A stretch of DNA of 64,000 nucleotides from Verrucomicrobiota bacterium (GTDB lineage Bacteria; Verrucomicrobiota; Verrucomicrobiia; Limisphaerales; JADLHS01): NCBI GenBank assembly GCA_049840435.1, contig JASGKY010000036.1, positions 58,936 through 122,935 on the forward strand, given 5' to 3'. Below are positions 18,789-28,778 of this stretch, one piece after another. Positions within the stretch are counted from its first letter, which is position 1. Each line of letters begins with the position of its first letter. The position numbers and the translations under genes were made by a program. The notes under the pieces are model-generated. The model had not been told where the DNA came from. It searched no databases and saw only the letters and a list, made by a program, of their open reading frames with translations.

Positions 18789-19160
18789 TCAATTGTCCAA
18801 GATGGTGCGGATGACTTCGACGAGTTTGTCCGCACCTTCCTGTTTTAAGGCGAATCCGTTGGCACCCGCAGCGCGGGCCTGACGTTCATAGCCGACGGGG
18901 TCGAACATCGTCATCGCGACGATGGGCAGGGTGGGATAGAGCCGACGCAATTCGCGGATGAGCTGCAGGCCATTAGAAGATTTGAGCTGAATGTCAGTGA
19001 GGACAAGGTCGGGGTGCGTGTTGGGAATTGCACTCAACGCGCGTGACACACAGTCCGCCTCGCCGCAGACGCTCAGGTCGGCCTCGCGGTTGAGACTGTC
19101 CACAATGCCTTCGCGCACGGCGGCCTGATCTTCGACCACGAAGATGTGCTTCTTCGACAT
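18789..19160 (-). CDS. Stand-alone receiver-domain response regulator (NarL-type REC, no output domain)
   Basis: VVEDQ, DLVLTDIQL, AMTM and GFALKQ motifs. About 123 aa. Confidence 0.88.
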   Translation of the reverse strand: MSKKHIFVVEDQAAVREGIVDSLNREADLSVCGEADCVSRALSAIPNTHPDLVLTDIQLKSSNGLQLIRELRRLYPTLPIVAMTMFDPVGYERQARAAGANGFALKQEGADKLVEVIRTILDN

Positions 19161-19183
19161 GAAACTTTCTTCTGCCGCAAAGA

Positions 19184-19450
19184 TCATAACGTCGGGTCCA
19201 ATCTAAGTTCCAACGGCACGGTGAGGCGAAGGATTCGCGTGGCGAAACTTGGTGGTTCGCCGGTTGCCGGTTTGACGTGCACAGGCAAGGTGATCGGTTC
19301 GGTATTTGTTTCTTCCCACTCGACGTCCAAAACGAACGTCTTGGGGGCTGGCGCAGGCACGACGCGGACTGGCGTGTCGCTCCGGGGTGTCGGACGCGTG
19401 GCCTTGCAGGTCGGGATGGCAAGTGAAAAGGTCATGATGGCGGGGCGCAC
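19184..19450 (-). CDS. Small hypothetical protein
   Basis: 88-aa ORF filling the gap between the co-oriented AraC and REC genes. Confidence 0.4.
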   Translation of the reverse strand: MRPAIMTFSLAIPTCKATRPTPRSDTPVRVVPAPAPKTFVLDVEWEETNTEPITLPVHVKPATGEPPSFATRILRLTVPLELRLDPTL

Positions 19451-19453
19451 CGT

Positions 19454-20473
19454 TCAAAAGGATTGCAACTTCTCGCGGCACGTTGTGGGCGATTCGCCGG
19501 CAATGCGTTTGAAGCAGCGATTGAAGTGTGACAGCGATTGGAAGCCCGTCTGGTAGGCTACTTCGCTGATGCGGTTGTTTGGGTTGCGGAGAAGTTCTTT
19601 CGCTTTTTCCACGCGTACCCGGGAAACATAATCCGTGAAGTGCAGCCCGGTGGTTTCCTTGAACTTTTTGCACAGGTAGAACGGGCTGATGGCGGCGGCG
19701 CGCGCGACATCGCCGAGCGAAATTTCCTCGTCGGAATGTTCATGAATGAATTGCCGGGCGCGGGTAACTTGGGGGGGCTCGGTGGCTTGCTCCTGCAAGG
19801 CGATTTGATTCGCCATGAGGCTGAGCTGCTTGGCAAAAAATTCCAACAACCGGATGGCGGAATCATATTGTTGCCGCGGCATCACTCGGGTGGATTGATA
19901 CGCGGCTGTGGCTTCCTTGGCGTTCACATTTTTGCCGAGCTTTTGCAGCCGGCTGACGGCGCTGGTGGTTTGCCCCGCAGTGGTGGCTTTGAAAAAAACC
20001 TGACCGGTCTGGAGATGGCCAATCGTGCGGTCGCCGAGTTTGATTTTGATGGCTGATTCGCTCAAGCCGAAGGAGCATTTGAGCGTGGCGGGGACACCGT
20101 TGGCGGTGTTGCAGACTTCCTGTTGCATCTGCAGGCAGGCGGCACAGGAGTGGTTGTTTTTTGCGACGAGCTGGCAAAAGGCATTTTGCTGGCGGTCACC
20201 GGTGTGGGCGAGTTGCCAATCATCCACAGCACGTAGCGAGAGCGGCAGGCCGGTGGCAGTGGTGAATGCCTCTTGGTAATCGCGAAACAAGGTGCTGGTG
20301 GCGAGTTTGCGGACCAGTTCCTTGTCGGCGTTATTGACGGCGGGCGAGTGTGCCCCAGGCGAGGCGGGCACTTCAAAGCGCATGGATACGTCGCGCGTGG
20401 GGGTGGGGGCAAGCAGCCCGAGTTTGGTGGGCTCGATGCGCTTTGGGGCAGTTCCGGCGATTTCCATAATCAT
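19454..20473 (-). CDS. PocR-sensor AraC-family transcriptional regulator
   Basis: PocR domain (FTTATGLPL, FCQ, CAAC, CSFGL, GHLQTGQ) and C-terminal AraC HTH (ISEVAYQTGFQSLSHFNRCFKR). Confidence 0.9.
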   Translation of the reverse strand: MIMEIAGTAPKRIEPTKLGLLAPTPTRDVSMRFEVPASPGAHSPAVNNADKELVRKLATSTLFRDYQEAFTTATGLPLSLRAVDDWQLAHTGDRQQNAFCQLVAKNNHSCAACLQMQQEVCNTANGVPATLKCSFGLSESAIKIKLGDRTIGHLQTGQVFFKATTAGQTTSAVSRLQKLGKNVNAKEATAAYQSTRVMPRQQYDSAIRLLEFFAKQLSLMANQIALQEQATEPPQVTRARQFIHEHSDEEISLGDVARAAAISPFYLCKKFKETTGLHFTDYVSRVRVEKAKELLRNPNNRISEVAYQTGFQSLSHFNRCFKRIAGESPTTCREKLQSF

Positions 20474-20607
20474 GGGAAAATCCTAACTCATGCCCGGGGT
20501 AAAACTATTGGGGCAATGGAGCGACGCGCGTCGCCGCGATTGGAAGGCGCTGCTAGCCGAAGTCAGAAGATTGGCATAGGCAAAACGCTTATGCGTGGTG
20601 CGGAGGA

Positions 20608-21297
20608 TTATGTTTTGGGGCGTTCTTGCGAGGCCGCCCAGCGGATGGCGAAGCGGAGGAACTCGGGGGTCGTTCGCAGGCCGAGCTTTTCTTTGATATG
20701 GCCGCGATGCACGTCTACGGTTTTGGCGCTGAGGTGGAGTTTTTCCGCAATTTCCTCGGTGCTCCAGCCTTCGCCGAAGTGCTTCATCACTTCCAGTTCG
20801 CGATCGGTGAGTTTGTCCTCAGGTGCAGCGCTGGATTTGCCCGAGCCGCTGAACGATTCCAGCGCACGCGCGGCCATTGTCGGGCTAAGCGCGATTTGCC
20901 CGGCGAGAATGGTGCGCGCAGCGGCGAGGACTTTTTCTGCGCCTTCACTTTTCATCACATAACCGCGCCCACCGGCTCGCAACACGCGCGGGGCGTAAAA
21001 ATTTTCCTCGTGCATCGAAACCACCAGCACGGGCAGGCCGGGATGCAGCGCTTGCAGGTCTTTGATCAGTTCCAGCGCGTTCTTGTCTGGCAGCGTAAAA
21101 TCCGTGACGACGAGGTCGGGTTTGGATTTGGCGATGCCTTCCATCGCCTCGCGGATTGTGCCTGCTTCGCCGCAGACCGTAAGGTCGGATTCGCGATTCA
21201 GCGTCTCCACCTGGCCGACGCGTGTCATCGGATGATCGTCCACGACGAAAATCTTTTTCTTCGCGGGAGCTGCGGTGGCTTTGGGTTTCGACGGCAT
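20608..21297 (-). CDS. NarL/LuxR-family response regulator
   Basis: REC (VVDDHP...DFTLP...VSMH...GYVMK) plus LuxR HTH (LTDRELEV...KTVDVHRGHIKEKL). Confidence 0.93.
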   Translation of the reverse strand: MPSKPKATAAPAKKKIFVVDDHPMTRVGQVETLNRESDLTVCGEAGTIREAMEGIAKSKPDLVVTDFTLPDKNALELIKDLQALHPGLPVLVVSMHEENFYAPRVLRAGGRGYVMKSEGAEKVLAAARTILAGQIALSPTMAARALESFSGSGKSSAAPEDKLTDRELEVMKHFGEGWSTEEIAEKLHLSAKTVDVHRGHIKEKLGLRTTPEFLRFAIRWAASQERPKT

Positions 21298-21298
21298 A

Positions 21299-22786
21299 TC
21301 AAATCGGCTTCGGACTTCCGGCGGCTGTAGGAGGTGGATTGCTGGACCAAGTCTGATGCAGCGAGCAAGCCATCAGCACGCCACCCTCGGGAGTGTTGTT
21401 CAAGGCCAGCTGCGCGCCGATGGTGTCAGCGCGATGTCGCATCGTTTGCATGCCCAAACCGGAAACAGTCTTGTCACCCGGCAGCCCTGAGCCAAAGTCG
21501 CGCACGGATAATTCAATCTTGCCATTGCCGCGACTGAGTTGGATTTCGATGCGCTTTGAGTTGCTATGCTTGAGCGCGTTGTTGATGGCTTCCTGGGCGA
21601 TGCGATACAGATGTGTGGCTGTGGTTGGATCAGGGATGAGCACAGCAGAATTGCAGTCGAAAGTGCATTCCAGCTTGCGATCGCGCGCGACGCGATCGGC
21701 GAGATTTTGCAAGGCGGTCATCAGTCCTTCTGGTTCGCTCGGGACAGGATAAAGACCGCGGGCAAGTTCACGGGTTTGATTCAGCGCTTCGACGACAAGG
21801 GAATGAACCTGCGCGGCGCGATCGCCTTCCGGGGCGGTTCGTTTCTTGAGGTCGCGTTGCAACAGATCGCTGAGGAACAACGCTCCGCCGAGCTGCTGGC
21901 CGAGGCCGTCGTGCAGGTCGCGGGCGATGCGGCCACGCTCGTCTTCCGCGGCCGCGGTGACGGCGGCTTCAAGGCGTTTGCGTTCGGTGATGTCGCGCAA
22001 GATGACGGTGAAAAGTCTTTGCCCGCCGTTGTCCACTTGGGAGATGGACGCTTCGATGGGGAACTCCGAGCCGTCCGCGCGTAAACCAAAGATTGTTCCC
22101 AACGAGCCCATGCGCCGGCTGGTCGTGCCGGTGTTGCCGAACTTTTGTACATGCGAGGAATGCGCGTGGCGCATCCGCATTGGAATCAGTTTGTCGAGCG
22201 GTTGTCCCAACATCTGTTCGGCGCGATAGCCAAACATCTGTTCCGCCGCCGGATTGAACAACACGATGCGATGCTCATGGTTTACGGTGATGATGCCGTC
22301 CATCGCGGAGTTGATGATGCCGGCGAGGCGCGCCTCGGTGTTCTGCAACGCGGTGGCTTGCGCGGCCAGTTGCGCGTGGCTGGCGGCGGCCTCAGTGCGG
22401 AGACGTTTCTCTTCCAAGGCATGAGTGACGGCACTGGGAAGTCGCGCGAGACGATCCTTGAGCAGGTAATCGGTGGCGCCACGTTTCATCGCTTCGACGG
22501 CGCGATCTTCGCCGGTGGAGCCGGAGACGAGGATGAAGGGGATTTCTAGCCCGCGTTGGAGCAGGAGTTCAAGCGCTTTGAGCCCGCTGAATTGCGGCAG
22601 AGAGAAGTCGGAGATGATCACGTCGGGCGGCGCGGCGATCCGAGCAAGAAACTCAGGTTCGGTTTCGACCCGCTGCCATTGCACGGCGAAGCCGCCTTGT
22701 TCCAATTCGCGCACGAGAAACTCAGCGTCGTGTGCCGAGTCCTCGACGATCAATAGATTTAACAGTGTGCCCATGCTTGGTCCCAA
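21299..22786 (-). CDS. Cytoplasmic REC-PAS-HisKA_3 hybrid histidine kinase
   Basis: N-terminal REC, PAS (FNPAAEQMFGY...DGSEFPIE), ERGRIARDLHDGLGQ and YRIAQEAINNALKHS. No TM segment. Confidence 0.92.
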   Translation of the reverse strand: MGPSMGTLLNLLIVEDSAHDAEFLVRELEQGGFAVQWQRVETEPEFLARIAAPPDVIISDFSLPQFSGLKALELLLQRGLEIPFILVSGSTGEDRAVEAMKRGATDYLLKDRLARLPSAVTHALEEKRLRTEAAASHAQLAAQATALQNTEARLAGIINSAMDGIITVNHEHRIVLFNPAAEQMFGYRAEQMLGQPLDKLIPMRMRHAHSSHVQKFGNTGTTSRRMGSLGTIFGLRADGSEFPIEASISQVDNGGQRLFTVILRDITERKRLEAAVTAAAEDERGRIARDLHDGLGQQLGGALFLSDLLQRDLKKRTAPEGDRAAQVHSLVVEALNQTRELARGLYPVPSEPEGLMTALQNLADRVARDRKLECTFDCNSAVLIPDPTTATHLYRIAQEAINNALKHSNSKRIEIQLSRGNGKIELSVRDFGSGLPGDKTVSGLGMQTMRHRADTIGAQLALNNTPEGGVLMACSLHQTWSSNPPPTAAGSPKPI

Positions 22787-22925
22787 CGCTGCGAAGCCGC
22801 CTGTGCAAATCTTGCCGCGCCTCGTTATGATGACTTATAGCAATTGCCGCGCGCGGTGTCGAGTGACGGGGTGCCGCTGTTTGCAGTGGAGCAGGAAGAA
22901 TCCGCCTGCTAGCTTTCGCGCCACG

Positions 22926-24326
22926 ATGCTCGAACGATTCTTCCGGCTCGCTGAAAATCAAACGACGATTCGCACCGAAATCATCGCGGGAATCACGACC
23001 TTCCTGACGATGGCTTACATCATCTTCGTGCAGCCGGCGGTGTTGTCGGGGAAGATGTTTGGCTTCGAGACGGGCATGGATTTCGGCCCGGTGATGACGG
23101 CGACGTGTCTTTCCGCCGCGCTGGCGACGGTGCTCATGGCGTTGCTGGCGAAGTATCCCATCGCGCAAGCGCCGGGCATGGGGCAGAACTTTTTCTTCGT
23201 GTTCACCACGATTCCAGCGGCGACGGCGGCGGGTTTTGCGAATGGCTGGCAGGTGGCGCTTGGTGTGGTGTTTCTCTCGGGTGTGTTGTTTCTGATCCTC
23301 TCATTGGTCGGATTGCGCGAGATGATTTTCAATGCCATCAGCCCGAGTATGAAAAACGCCATTGCGGCGGGCATCGGAATCTTTATTGCGTTCATCGGTT
23401 TGCAGAACGCGGGCGTTATTCTCAAAGACCCCGGCTCGGCAGTGAAGTTGAACGCGCACTTTGCCTCGCCAGACTTGATCGTGTTTTTCGTCGGGTTGCT
23501 GACGACGGCGGTGCTGCATGCGCGCAAAGTGCGTGGCTCGATTTTGTGGGGCATCGTGGTGGCGACGGGGTTGGCGGTGATGTTGAAGTTCGCTTTGGCA
23601 AGTTCCACTGCGCCGTTGATTGCCGAGTCCAAGCTAGTGAAACAATTCGCCCTAGCCCAAGGCGTGGTGGCTGCACCGCCATCGCTCGCGCCGACGCTAT
23701 TTCAGATGGACCTCACGCACGCCCTGTCGCCGAAGATGCTGCCGTTCGTGTTTGTTTTCCTCTTCATGCTCACGTTTGACGCGATCGGGACGCTCATCGG
23801 TGTGAGTGAGCAGGCTGGGTTCATGCGGGACAACAAGCTGCCCCGCGCCAAGCAGGCCATGGTTTCTGATGCCGTTGGCACGGTAGCAGGTGCGGCGCTG
23901 GGCACGAGTACGGTGACGAGCTACATCGAAAGCGCTTCCGGAGTGGAGCAGGGTGGCCGCACGGGGCTGACGGGCCTGGTCGTGGCGGCGTTGTTCCTGT
24001 TGGCGTTGTTTTTCAGCCCCATCATCGCGATGGTGGGCAGTTATCCGCCGATCACGGCACCGGCGTTGGTCATCGTCGGGGCGATGATGTTGGAAAACGT
24101 GGCGAAGATTGCCTGGCGCGATCAGACCGAATCCATCCCGGCGTTTCTGACGTTAATCGGGATTCCGCTGACCTATTCCATCGCGGATGGATTGGCGCTT
24201 GGCTTCATCAGCTATCCCATCATCAAATTCTTCAGCGGGCGTGGACGAGAAGCGGGGTGGCTGACTTACATGCTGGCGGCGGTGTTGATCGCCTACTTCG
24301 TCTTCGTGCGAGGCAAGCTGGGCTAG
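22926..24326 (+). CDS. NCS2/AzgA-family purine permease
   Basis: EIIAGITTFLTMAYII, APGMG, FDAIGTL, SYIESASGVEQGGRTGL and PLTYSIADG motifs. Confidence 0.93.
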   Translation: MLERFFRLAENQTTIRTEIIAGITTFLTMAYIIFVQPAVLSGKMFGFETGMDFGPVMTATCLSAALATVLMALLAKYPIAQAPGMGQNFFFVFTTIPAATAAGFANGWQVALGVVFLSGVLFLILSLVGLREMIFNAISPSMKNAIAAGIGIFIAFIGLQNAGVILKDPGSAVKLNAHFASPDLIVFFVGLLTTAVLHARKVRGSILWGIVVATGLAVMLKFALASSTAPLIAESKLVKQFALAQGVVAAPPSLAPTLFQMDLTHALSPKMLPFVFVFLFMLTFDAIGTLIGVSEQAGFMRDNKLPRAKQAMVSDAVGTVAGAALGTSTVTSYIESASGVEQGGRTGLTGLVVAALFLLALFFSPIIAMVGSYPPITAPALVIVGAMMLENVAKIAWRDQTESIPAFLTLIGIPLTYSIADGLALGFISYPIIKFFSGRGREAGWLTYMLAAVLIAYFVFVRGKLG

Positions 24327-24330
24327 GCCT

Positions 24331-24726
24331 TCAGTTGGCGCTGGGATTTGCGGTGGCGGTCAGGCCGAGCAGGGTGCGGATGCAGTTCTTCAATTTCTCG
24401 AAATCCACCGGTTTGGCGAAAAAGTGGCGGGCTCCGGCGATTTCCGCCGAAAACCGGGTCACATCCGAGCCGACGGCGGTGATCATGATGACGGGGATGT
24501 GCTGCGTGGCCGGGTGCCGGGCGAAGATTTCGCAGACGCTCAGGCCGTCGAGGTCGGGGAGCAGCAAGTCGAGCAGGATGAGGTCGGGGGGCTGATCCCA
24601 GGCGTTGTTGAGGGCGTCGGTGCTGTTGGTGGCGGTGGCGAAGTCGAAATGTTCCTCCTGCAGGCGGTATTGCACCAGTTCGGAGAAGTCCGGCTCGTCG
24701 TCCACGATTAAAATTTTTTTTCCCAT
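24331..24726 (-). CDS. Single-domain response regulator (CheY-like)
   Basis: KILIVDDEPD, PDLILLDLLLPDLDG, IPVIMITA and AKP motifs. Confidence 0.9.
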   Translation of the reverse strand: MGKKILIVDDEPDFSELVQYRLQEEHFDFATATNSTDALNNAWDQPPDLILLDLLLPDLDGLSVCEIFARHPATQHIPVIMITAVGSDVTRFSAEIAGARHFFAKPVDFEKLKNCIRTLLGLTATANPSAN

Positions 24727-24954
24727 CGCGGATGCATAACACGGTGGCAATGCGATGGCGAATGACGAGCGGGTGAACATTGCGCTACGAACAAGTGACG
24801 AAGTTGGCGAGAAAAAAAAGCGGGCGGCGCGGGGCAAAAGTTCCGGGGTAGACCGTTTTTATATTTGACCGGCTCCGGGAAGTGAATTATCACACGCGAG
24901 CTTCCTCGTGGTCCAGCCAGGAGGGGGCGTTAAACCCAGTGGCAGAAAATCGTA

Positions 24955-26832
24955 ATGCTTAAAGGCAATTCATTTTTGGCGGTGGATTTTGGGGCAGGCA
25001 GCCTGAAACTGGCCGAGTTCGAATCGAACGAGGCGGGCGGGCTCGTCCTGAAGCAATACGCCATCAAATCGCTTGGTTTGGAAGGTTCGCAAGAAACCAA
25101 GCGCGAGGCGCTGGTGTTGAAGAAATTGCAGGAAACCATCGCTGAACTGGGGATCAAGGCGAAGGAAATTAACGTCTGTGCGCCGGGCTTCCATGTCTTT
25201 GCCAAATTCGTGAAATTGCCCCCGGTGGATTCGGGCAAAGTTACGCAAATCATCCAATACGAAGCGCAACAAAACGTCCCGTTCCCGCTCGCGGAAGTGG
25301 TTTGGGACTATCAAATTTTGGGCACGACCGCAGGTGGCGAATTGGAAGTGCTTTTGGTCGCGATCAAGTCAGACATTGTCGAAGGATTGTTTCGCACGAC
25401 GGAAGCCGCTGGGTTGCGGTTGGAAATTTGCGATGTTTCGCCAGCAGCGCTGACTAATACGTTCCGCTTCAACTACGGCGAGCTTGAAGATTGCACCATG
25501 CTGCTCGATATCGGGGCCAAGACGAGCAACCTGCTGTTTTTTGAGAAGGGTAAAGTTTTCGCGCGCAGCATCAATCTGGGTGCGAATTCCATCACGCAGG
25601 ACTTCGCCAACGAAGCAAAACTGAAGTTCGATCAGGCAGAAAAGATCAAGATCGACGAAGGGTTTGTGAGCTTGGGCGGTGCGTATGAAGAGCCGGAAAA
25701 CCAGCACCAGGCGGCGATTTCCAAGATCGCGCGTCAGTTCATGACGCGGTTACATATCCAGGTTAACCAGACGCTTCAATTTTATCGCGGGCAACAGGGT
25801 GGCTCTGCTCCGCAGCGGTTGTTCCTCGCGGGTGGGGCGGCGATTATGCCCTACACGGCGCAATTTTTCGCAGAAAAACTCAATGTGCCGGTGGAATATT
25901 TCAATCCGTTCCGCAGCGTGCAGATTGATCCAGGGGTAAATCTCGAAGAGCTGTCAAAAGCGGCCCACTCGTTGGGTGAAGTGGTGGGGCTTGGGCTGCG
26001 CAACATGGCCAACTGTCCAGTGGAGTTGAATCTCATGCCGGAGAGCACGCTCCGTTGGCAGAGTTTCAACCAGAAGAAGCCCTATTTCATCGCCACGCTG
26101 GCAAGTCTGGCGTTGATGGCATTGGCGGTGGGATTCTTGTTCAATAATCTCAGCAGCATCAAAAAGGAAAAGCTGACTGAGTTGCAGCCGAAATTGGAAG
26201 AGTTGCGGCGGAAGGATCAAAACTTCAAGCGCGAGTATTCCACCTTGAAGAAAACCATGGAGCATTCCACCCAGTATTCTGACTGGTTGGCGGAGCGGGC
26301 TCAGTGGGCTGAGGTTTTGCGCGAAGTGCGTCAAGCGTTGATCCGCACCGAAGAAATTACCAAGAGCGAGTTTGGCACGGATACAGGGGTTTGGGTGGAG
26401 CGGATTGTGGCTTATTCCCAATTGGGCACTCCGACCGCTGGCGCATTGGGTGCAGCGCCCGCCATGACGCCCGCTGTGAATCCTGAAATGGATATGGCCA
26501 TGCGGCGGTATATGGATGTTCGTTCTCCGGTGCGGGGGGCGCGCGAGGAGGATGGACGTGCGGCACTTGCGGTGACCGGAGCGACGCCCGATGCCGCGGC
26601 GACCAATTCCGGGACGGTGAAATTGGAGTGTCGGGCCGTCAATATGCGCGAGTTTAATGCCGCTGCCAACCAGCGCATCGTGTTTGAATTCCACAAGCAA
26701 CTAGCCAGCACCAACAGTCCGTTGGTGGATGCCGAAACTACGCGGCTGGACCCTGAAATCGTGGAAGACCCTAATACGGGTACTTTCAGCTTTGGCATCA
26801 CCCTCGCCCTCAAGCGTCCTTTGAAACTGTAA
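24955..26832 (+). CDS. pilM: Type IV pilus / T2SS assembly protein PilM fused to a PilN-like domain
   Basis: AVDFGAGSLKL, EAQQNVPFPL, LLDIGAKTS and LFLAGG actin-like motifs, then the ELNLMP (PilN INLLP-like) motif, a TM and a coiled coil. Confidence 0.9.
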   Translation: MLKGNSFLAVDFGAGSLKLAEFESNEAGGLVLKQYAIKSLGLEGSQETKREALVLKKLQETIAELGIKAKEINVCAPGFHVFAKFVKLPPVDSGKVTQIIQYEAQQNVPFPLAEVVWDYQILGTTAGGELEVLLVAIKSDIVEGLFRTTEAAGLRLEICDVSPAALTNTFRFNYGELEDCTMLLDIGAKTSNLLFFEKGKVFARSINLGANSITQDFANEAKLKFDQAEKIKIDEGFVSLGGAYEEPENQHQAAISKIARQFMTRLHIQVNQTLQFYRGQQGGSAPQRLFLAGGAAIMPYTAQFFAEKLNVPVEYFNPFRSVQIDPGVNLEELSKAAHSLGEVVGLGLRNMANCPVELNLMPESTLRWQSFNQKKPYFIATLASLALMALAVGFLFNNLSSIKKEKLTELQPKLEELRRKDQNFKREYSTLKKTMEHSTQYSDWLAERAQWAEVLREVRQALIRTEEITKSEFGTDTGVWVERIVAYSQLGTPTAGALGAAPAMTPAVNPEMDMAMRRYMDVRSPVRGAREEDGRAALAVTGATPDAAATNSGTVKLECRAVNMREFNAAANQRIVFEFHKQLASTNSPLVDAETTRLDPEIVEDPNTGTFSFGITLALKRPLKL

Positions 26833-26833
26833 C

Positions 26834-27925
26834 ATGGACTGGATCAAACGAAATCTCATATTTGTCATCGGCGGCGTGGTCACGCTGTTGTTGATGGGTT
26901 TGGCCGGTTGGTATTGTTATTCCGGATGGACCAATAACGCCCAGCAAAAGGATGAAATTGCCAAGGCATACGAAGAGTTGAACACCTTGTATTCTGCCAA
27001 GCCCTCGCCGGGAGATGGTCGGAAGGTGGATAATATCAAGCTGGCCAAAGAGCAGCAAAAAGAGGCGGAGGAATTTCTGCAGGCCTTGGGCCGCTATTTG
27101 CAGGAGATTCCCGCAATCCCCGCCCTCAGCAACGTTTCAGGGCCGAGATTTTCTGCGGCTTTGCAAGAAACCATCACGCAACTGCAGCGGGAAGCGACCA
27201 ATAGCAGCGTTATCATTCCGCCGGGATATAAATTCTCCTTTGGCAAGCAAGCGACCTTGGTCACCTTTGCGCCGGGTAGTCTTGATCCGTTGGCGGTGCA
27301 GCTTGGGGAAGTGCGTGCGATTTGCGATGTCTTGAATCAGGCCAAGGTTAATTCCTTGGATGGCATCCGGCGGGAGCGCGTGCCGGGGAATCCGGATGAC
27401 TTGTCCGGTACGGCGGCGGATTATCTTGATCTTGCCTCAACCACCAATGAGTTGGCGGTAATCAGTCCATACGAAATAACTTTCCATTGCTTCACCCCGG
27501 AACTGGCTGCTGTGTTGGCTGGATTCGCGCAATCACCGTACGGCTTGATGGTCAAAGCAATTAATGTGGAGCCGGCGATGGCGATGGTGGCAGATGCGGC
27601 TGCGGCGCCGGTTTACGCTGCGCCAGTGGCTGCGCCAGCCTATGTTCCCCCGGCATACGCTGGGCAACGTCCGCCGGGGCGACCGGGTAGGGAGGAAGGC
27701 GGGGGGATTCCGAGTCGGTATGCGGGTGCGGGCGGGGCTTCGCCTTATGGAACGCCATCTCCGTATGGCAATCCCAATCCTTATGGGGTGGCACAACCGG
27801 CGGGGCAACCGGTTGCTTATGCGACTGCGCCAGCCAAGTCCGGATTGCAAACGTTTCTGAAGGAAAAGCAATTGAAAGTCACGTTGCTGCTCCATGTGAT
27901 CAAGCTCCTCCCTCCTCAAAAGTAA
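26834..27925 (+). CDS. PilO-like protein (Amuc_1100-like)
   Basis: N-terminal TM, coiled coil, YKFSF..., RRER motif and a Pro/Ala/Gly/Tyr-rich insert. Lies after pilM in the operon. Confidence 0.65.
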   Translation: MDWIKRNLIFVIGGVVTLLLMGLAGWYCYSGWTNNAQQKDEIAKAYEELNTLYSAKPSPGDGRKVDNIKLAKEQQKEAEEFLQALGRYLQEIPAIPALSNVSGPRFSAALQETITQLQREATNSSVIIPPGYKFSFGKQATLVTFAPGSLDPLAVQLGEVRAICDVLNQAKVNSLDGIRRERVPGNPDDLSGTAADYLDLASTTNELAVISPYEITFHCFTPELAAVLAGFAQSPYGLMVKAINVEPAMAMVADAAAAPVYAAPVAAPAYVPPAYAGQRPPGRPGREEGGGIPSRYAGAGGASPYGTPSPYGNPNPYGVAQPAGQPVAYATAPAKSGLQTFLKEKQLKVTLLLHVIKLLPPQK

Positions 27926-27929
27926 CGGC

Positions 27930-28721
27930 ATGGACTTACTCAAGAAACATTACGAAAAAATCATCCTGGGTGGGGTGTTGCTGGTGCTCGCGGTGGGTGC
28001 GGCGATGTTGCCGATGCAGATTAGCAGCGAGCGCGACGAGTTAAAGCAGAAGGAAAACGATATCGTCAAACAGGGAGGAAAGGCCTTAGAGCCGCTTAAT
28101 TTTGCCACTCAACAAGTGGCGGTTGTGCAGCTGCGTCAGGCTGCGCAATTAGATTTGTCCACCACCAACAAGGTGTTGAATCCATTGCTCTGGCAAAAAT
28201 CGCCGGAAGGAAAGTTGATCAAGTTTTCTACAGGTGAAGAAGCTGGTCCCAAAGCGCTGGTGGTTACCAAGCTTGTCCCACTACACCTCAATATTTCTTT
28301 GGATGGAGTTAACACCTCCGAAGCGACCCCTCGTTACACTGTCAGTGTTGAGCGTGAGGCGGCAGCAGATCGCACCAAGCGGACTAAGAAGCCATATTTC
28401 GCAAGCCTCAACAACAAGAACGAAGTTTTCACAGTGCGGGAAGCCAGCGGTCCAGTTGATGATCCGGTACTCAAGCTGGAGCTGGCTGACGGCGGTGAAA
28501 TTATCGAGGTCAGTAAAGCGAAGCCTTTCAAGCGCGTGGATGGTTACATGGTGGACCTCAAGTATTCCTTGGAGAGTCGCCCGCCGTGGACGGCGCAACG
28601 AGTGGGGGCCGCGCTCAAGTTCGGAGGCGAGGACTACATTATCGTTGCGATTACAAAGAACGAGGTTGTAGTCTTGGCCAAATCGAACCAAAAGAAAACA
28701 CCAGTGCCGATCCAGCTCTGA
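27930..28721 (+). CDS. Pilus/secretin-operon protein (PilP/GspC position, Amuc_1099-like)
   Basis: KKHYEKIILG N-terminal TM anchor. C-terminal ...GEDYIIVAITKNEVVV beta domain. Confidence 0.6.
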   Translation: MDLLKKHYEKIILGGVLLVLAVGAAMLPMQISSERDELKQKENDIVKQGGKALEPLNFATQQVAVVQLRQAAQLDLSTTNKVLNPLLWQKSPEGKLIKFSTGEEAGPKALVVTKLVPLHLNISLDGVNTSEATPRYTVSVEREAAADRTKRTKKPYFASLNNKNEVFTVREASGPVDDPVLKLELADGGEIIEVSKAKPFKRVDGYMVDLKYSLESRPPWTAQRVGAALKFGGEDYIIVAITKNEVVVLAKSNQKKTPVPIQL

Positions 28722-28778
28722 AAGCTGGCGGTTGAATTTCCCAAAAATATTTAGCAGTAAAGCAACAGAAGTCATCCC

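Noticed and set aside
22473-22925. Long N-terminal extensions in the ORF track (permease, 3684..5501, coaE, 54695, 59284)
   Set aside because: They overlap neighbouring genes or promoters, and family motifs start at the downstream codons used in the feature list.
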